Shown: positions 60,130-64,000 of the stretch, in pieces
How positions within the stretch are numbered: position 1 is the first letter of the stretch
Layout: the number at the start of each line of letters is the position of its first letter
Assembly: GCA_963665125.2 (NCBI GenBank)
Contig: CAXXUK010000001.1
Location: forward strand, 608,001-672,000
Length of the DNA: 64,000 nt
Direction: 5' to 3'
Origin: an uncultured Desulfarculus sp.
Lineage (GTDB): Bacteria > Desulfobacterota > Desulfarculia > Desulfarculales > Desulfarculaceae
Made by a program: the position numbers and the translations under genes
Notes under the pieces: model-generated
What the model was told of the DNA's origin: nothing
The model's input: only the letters and a program-made list of their open reading frames with translations
Database searches by the model: none

Positions 60130-60998
60130 AACAGCTACTCGTGATAAGCGGCAAGGGCGGTACGGGCAAGACATCCATCACTGCGGCGCTGGCGGCGCTG
60201 GCGGGGGACAAGATACTGGTCGATCTTGATGTTGACGCACCTGATATGCACTTGATCCTGAGTCCCTCGCCTCGCCGCCGGGAGCCATTTGTTTCCGGCG
60301 CCGTGGCCGAAGTGCGCCCCGAGGACTGCACTGCCTGTGGATTGTGCGCCGATTTATGCGCCTACGAGGCCATCAGTCTGGACGACGCCGGCATAGCCAG
60401 GGTCGACGGAGACTGTGAAGGCTGCAAGCTTTGCGTGGCCATGTGTCCGGTCCAGGCCATAGATTTTCCAGCCAGGGAATGCGGCCAATGGTATATCAGC
60501 GACACCCGCCTGGGCACCATGGTCCATGCGCTGTTGCACCCGGGACAGGAAAATTCCGGCCGGCTGGTCAGTCTCCTGCGGGAGCAGGCCCGGGAGTTGG
60601 CCGAGCACCAGGGCATAAATTTGGTGTTGGCCGACGGCACTCCTGGCATCGGCTGCCCGGTGATCAGCTCCCTTACCGGTGTTGATCTTGCCCTCATCGT
60701 CACCGAACCCACGCCCAGCGGCCTGCACGACCTTGAGCGGGTGGTGGGTCTGGGCGAACACTTCAAGGTCTCCATGAGCGTGCTCATCAACAAGGCCGAC
60801 CTCAACGGCGTCATGGCCGGGCGCATCGAGGACTTTTGCGCCAGCAAGGGCATACCATGTCTGGGCAGGCTGGATTTTGACCCGGCTTTTGTCGAGGCCA
60901 TGATCCAGGGCAAGTCAATTGTCGAGTTCGCCCCCCAAAGCCCAACAGCGGAAAAGATTCGCGGCATTTGGCAAAACCTGTCCGCCGAGTTGATGTAA
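60126..60998 (+). CDS. MinD-superfamily P-loop ATPase with 2x[4Fe-4S] insert (Orp3/4-like)
   Basis: SGKGGTGKT, CTACGLCADLC, CEGCKLCVAMCP, ENSGRLV, DGTPGIGCP. Confidence 0.9.
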   Translation: MKQLLVISGKGGTGKTSITAALAALAGDKILVDLDVDAPDMHLILSPSPRRREPFVSGAVAEVRPEDCTACGLCADLCAYEAISLDDAGIARVDGDCEGCKLCVAMCPVQAIDFPARECGQWYISDTRLGTMVHALLHPGQENSGRLVSLLREQARELAEHQGINLVLADGTPGIGCPVISSLTGVDLALIVTEPTPSGLHDLERVVGLGEHFKVSMSVLINKADLNGVMAGRIEDFCASKGIPCLGRLDFDPAFVEAMIQGKSIVEFAPQSPTAEKIRGIWQNLSAELM

Positions 60999-61137
60999 CC
61001 CTCAATCAATCTGACCGCTTGCCGCACCGGCTTTGGAGGGGTATATTTGCCCAACCAGAGCCGGTCTATGTTTTTTATCGATTATGCGCTACCGGCCATT
61101 TACGGACTGTATTTCAAAACAACACGGAGCGATTCCA

Positions 61138-61590
61138 GTGGAAGGCCACAGCCATCAGCACGACCCTGAAAAAGATATGCAAGAGGCACTGGAAGAGGGG
61201 CTGGGAGAAAACTTCTTCAACCACGCCCTGACGCCTTCGAATATCGGCACTCTTCCCAACCCTGACGGCTTTGCCATGCCCAAGGGGGCCTGTGGCGACT
61301 TTATAGAACTGTATCTGCGGATCGAAGGCGACCGGATCATCGACGCCCGGTTTATTCCCCAGGGCTGCATGAACACCACGGCCAGCGGCAGCGCCCTGAC
61401 AGAGCTGGCCAAGGGGGCCACATTGGCCGAGGCCGCCGAAATCAGTGCCGAAAAAATCATGGACGTCCTGGGTGGGCTGCCCAAGGATCACCGCCATTGC
61501 GCGGTGCTGGCTGCGGCTACCCTCAAGGCAGCCATCCGCGACTATGTGAAGAAGAAAAACGGCGACTGGAAATCGGCCTACCGCAAATAG
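61138..61590 (+). CDS. IscU/NifU N-terminal domain Fe-S scaffold
   Basis: GACGD, QGC...ASGS, LPKDHRHCA (three Cys); GTG start at 61138 behind GGAG. Confidence 0.88.
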   Translation: MEGHSHQHDPEKDMQEALEEGLGENFFNHALTPSNIGTLPNPDGFAMPKGACGDFIELYLRIEGDRIIDARFIPQGCMNTTASGSALTELAKGATLAEAAEISAEKIMDVLGGLPKDHRHCAVLAAATLKAAIRDYVKKKNGDWKSAYRK

Positions 61591-61595
61591 GTAGG

Positions 61596-63050
61596 TCAGG
61601 CCGCCCCCGGCAGCCGGACGGTGAAGGTGCTTCCCTTGCCGGGCCGGCTGCTCAGCTCTATGACCCCGCCGCAAGACTCCACCACCCGTTTGACGATCGG
61701 CAGGCCCAGACCCGTTCCCACGATGTTGCGGGTATTGGCGTCCTTGACCCGGTAAAAGCGGTCAAATATCTTGCCCTGTTCATCGGCCGGTATTCCATAA
61801 CCAGTGTCCTTGACCTGGATCACGGCCCAACCCTGATCCTGCTTGGCCTGCACGGAAATAGAACCATCTTCCGGGGTGTAGCGAACGGCGTTGCTGACCA
61901 GGTTGACAAAGACCTCCTGCAACTCCCGGGCAACTCCGCGAACCTTGGGCAGGTCCGGGCTTATCTCCAGGGACAGGCTTTGGGCTTTGTCCGCGGCCCC
62001 GGCGCGCATGATATCCACCGATTCTTCCACAATGGCCGTCAGGTCCAGTTGCTCGTCGGCCTCGCCCATCACCCCGGCTTCGATCTTGGACAGATCCAGT
62101 AAATCACTGCTGAGGTTGATTATGCCCTGGATGCGGCTGCGGGCCCGGTCGACGATGCCCTTTTGACGGTCATTCAGGCCGCCGGCCAGGCCCTGGGAAA
62201 GGTTTTGCAACTGGTTTAAAACCGACGACAGGGGGCTGGCGATTTCGTGAGCCACGGTGGAGACATATTCGTTCTTCAATTCGTCCAGGCGCTGGATTGC
62301 CGTGATATCGTCAAACACGGCCAAGGTTCCCACGGTTTTGCCCCGGATGTCCAGAAACGGCCCGCAACGCACCTGTAAATACACCGGCTCGCCGGAGATG
62401 CCGGAGTCCATGGTGCAGTGGATCACCTCGCCGTCGGCGGCCTTTCCCTGAAGCACCTCACCGAGCGTTTCGATCACTGCGGGGCAGTCTATGACCTCGG
62501 CCAAATCCCGGCCCTGTACTTGTTTGTCATCGCAACTGGCCAGTTTGCCCAGGGCCTGGTTCATCAAGACTATTTTGCCCTGGTCGTCCACCACCAGCAC
62601 GCCGTTGCTCATGGCCTCGATGAGCACCCTGGTGCGGCTGCGCTCCACGGCCATGTCCTGCAGGGTGGACACTCGCTTGAGCACCCGCTCGATGACCAGA
62701 CGCAGTTCCTGGGGCTTGAACGGCTTGGCCAGGAAATCGTCGGCGCCCTGTTTCATGGCCTCGACGGCCTTTTCCAGGGTGGCATAGCCGGTTATGACCA
62801 CAAAGGCCAGGGTCGCGTGTTGCCGCCGGGCCTGGCCGATCATCTCCATGCCGTCCATGACGGGCATCATCAGGTCCACCAGCACCAGGTCGGGTTTGTG
62901 GGCCTCGATGGCCTCCAGGCCTTCCCGGCCGTTGGCCGCGTCAAAGACCTCCATACCCATGGTTTCCAGCACCCGCCGTACTGCCGTGCGGATGCGATCT
63001 TCATCGTCTACCACCAGGATGCGGTTTGGGCTGTCTGGACTCACGATCAA
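61596..63050 (-). CDS. Hybrid REC-PAS-HisKA-HATPase kinase
   Basis: ILVVDDE, DLMMP, AHEIASPL, NLVSNA, DTGYGIP, GTGLGL. Confidence 0.92.
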   Translation of the reverse strand: MIVSPDSPNRILVVDDEDRIRTAVRRVLETMGMEVFDAANGREGLEAIEAHKPDLVLVDLMMPVMDGMEMIGQARRQHATLAFVVITGYATLEKAVEAMKQGADDFLAKPFKPQELRLVIERVLKRVSTLQDMAVERSRTRVLIEAMSNGVLVVDDQGKIVLMNQALGKLASCDDKQVQGRDLAEVIDCPAVIETLGEVLQGKAADGEVIHCTMDSGISGEPVYLQVRCGPFLDIRGKTVGTLAVFDDITAIQRLDELKNEYVSTVAHEIASPLSSVLNQLQNLSQGLAGGLNDRQKGIVDRARSRIQGIINLSSDLLDLSKIEAGVMGEADEQLDLTAIVEESVDIMRAGAADKAQSLSLEISPDLPKVRGVARELQEVFVNLVSNAVRYTPEDGSISVQAKQDQGWAVIQVKDTGYGIPADEQGKIFDRFYRVKDANTRNIVGTGLGLPIVKRVVESCGGVIELSSRPGKGSTFTVRLPGAA

Positions 63051-64000
63051 CTGTCTCCGCTTAGGCTCATGGGATAAACATCGGCAAAGGCCGCCAATTG
63101 GGCGTCAGCCTTTTGGGGCAGGCTCACGGTCAGCACGGCGCCGCCGTGTTTGCCGTTGCGGGCTTCGACTTTGCCGCCGGTGCGGGTAACAACGCCATAC
63201 ACAACGCTAAGACCAAGGCCCGTGCCCTTGCCGGGCGGTTTCGTGGTGAAAAACGGGTCAAAGATGCGGTCAACATTTTCGGGCGGGATGCCGGGCCCGG
63301 TGTCGCTGATTTCGGCGAAACGCAGGCCGTCTTCATCTATTCCGGTGCGCACGGTCAACCGGCCGTGGCCGCTCATGGCGTCTATGGCGTTGGACAGCAG
63401 ATTGATGAACACCTGGCGCAGGAGCTTTTCATCTCCTTCAATCTCCAACGGGCCCTTGTAGTAATCACGGACCACGTCGACATGCAGGAACAGCGCGTCG
63501 TCGCGGATGAGGTTGAAGGCGTCTTCCAAGACCTTGTTCAGGTCTAGTTCCTCTATGCGCACCGCGGTCTGGCGGCTGTAGTCCAGCAAATCGCCCACTA
63601 TGTCCCGGCATCGCTCCACGTCTTCGATGATGTTGTCCAGGTCGGCCACGGCCGGGCTGTCCGGTTCCAGGGATTCCTTGACCAACTCAGCGTAGATGGT
63701 GATGCCGGTGAGCGGGTTGTTGAGTTCATGGGCCACGCCGGCCGCGAGTTGGCCCAGGCGGGCCAGTTTGTCCGACTGAACGACTTGCAGCCGGGCCTCG
63801 CTTAGGTGGCGCTCCATCTTGATTTGTTGCCGCAGGTCGTGAAATACGCCCACCGTTGCCGTTGGGCGGCCCCCGCTGAGAATAGTAGAGGAATTGACTA
63901 ATACGGGCACCTTTTCGCCCTGACCGTTAATCAGGAAGGTGCGCACCCCTTCAGCCTTTCCGCCACCCTGGTCGATGATGCCGCGCAGTCGCCGAAGTTC
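63047..64000 (-). CDS. PAS sensor histidine kinase (5' end outside the window)
   Basis: AGVAHELNNPL, NLLSNA, DTGPGI, FDPFFTTK, GTGLGL; frame open to the window edge. Confidence 0.9.
   Translation of the reverse strand, partial: ELRRLRGIIDQGGGKAEGVRTFLINGQGEKVPVLVNSSTILSGGRPTATVGVFHDLRQQIKMERHLSEARLQVVQSDKLARLGQLAAGVAHELNNPLTGITIYAELVKESLEPDSPAVADLDNIIEDVERCRDIVGDLLDYSRQTAVRIEELDLNKVLEDAFNLIRDDALFLHVDVVRDYYKGPLEIEGDEKLLRQVFINLLSNAIDAMSGHGRLTVRTGIDEDGLRFAEISDTGPGIPPENVDRIFDPFFTTKPPGKGTGLGLSVVYGVVTRTGGKVEARNGKHGGAVLTVSLPQKADAQLAAFADVYPMSLSGDS

Overview
A GC-rich, gene-dense chromosomal window from an anaerobic deltaproteobacterium. Gene content (orp operon, VOR, futalosine menaquinone genes, several sigma54 activators, a PEP-CTERM protein) suggests Desulfobacterota, possibly Desulfarculaceae; this is inference. 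I saw no rRNA, tRNA, CRISPR array, transposase or prophage. In order: partial dnaE; a methyltransferase; guaA, guaB and ppx; a degenerate heparinase-II/III-like gene; a DsrE/F/H-like trio; five tandem paralogous orphan ABC substrate-binding protein (SBP) genes; an ACT protein and four-subunit 2-oxoacid:ferredoxin oxidoreductase; crcB with DUF190; a GGDEF cyclase; an M24 hydrolase and cholesterol-oxidase-like GMC enzyme; a CoA-disulfide reductase-rhodanese/MBL/lpdA operon; mqnE, mqnC and a deaminase; a GT2; OMPLA; aconitase; a divergent sigma54 module (small Cys protein versus REC plus Lon, next to an NtrC-like activator); a PEP-CTERM protein; an EndoQ-UvrD fusion; ftsH; a TetR-RND efflux operon; OrpR with an orp/mrp/iscU operon; and two histidine kinases. 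Most notable: (1) an A9 run in the EndoQ/UvrD linker where a slip in either direction gives a stand-alone EndoQ, as in T. thermophilus dnaX; (2) the SBP array, with two 143-nt spacers that keep the same three-hairpin structure despite diverged sequence; (3) a divergent sigma54 module with a C-rich-loop 3'UTR RNA; (4) tandem RutR-like operators over the mqn promoter. All functional calls come from motif recognition, not database searches.
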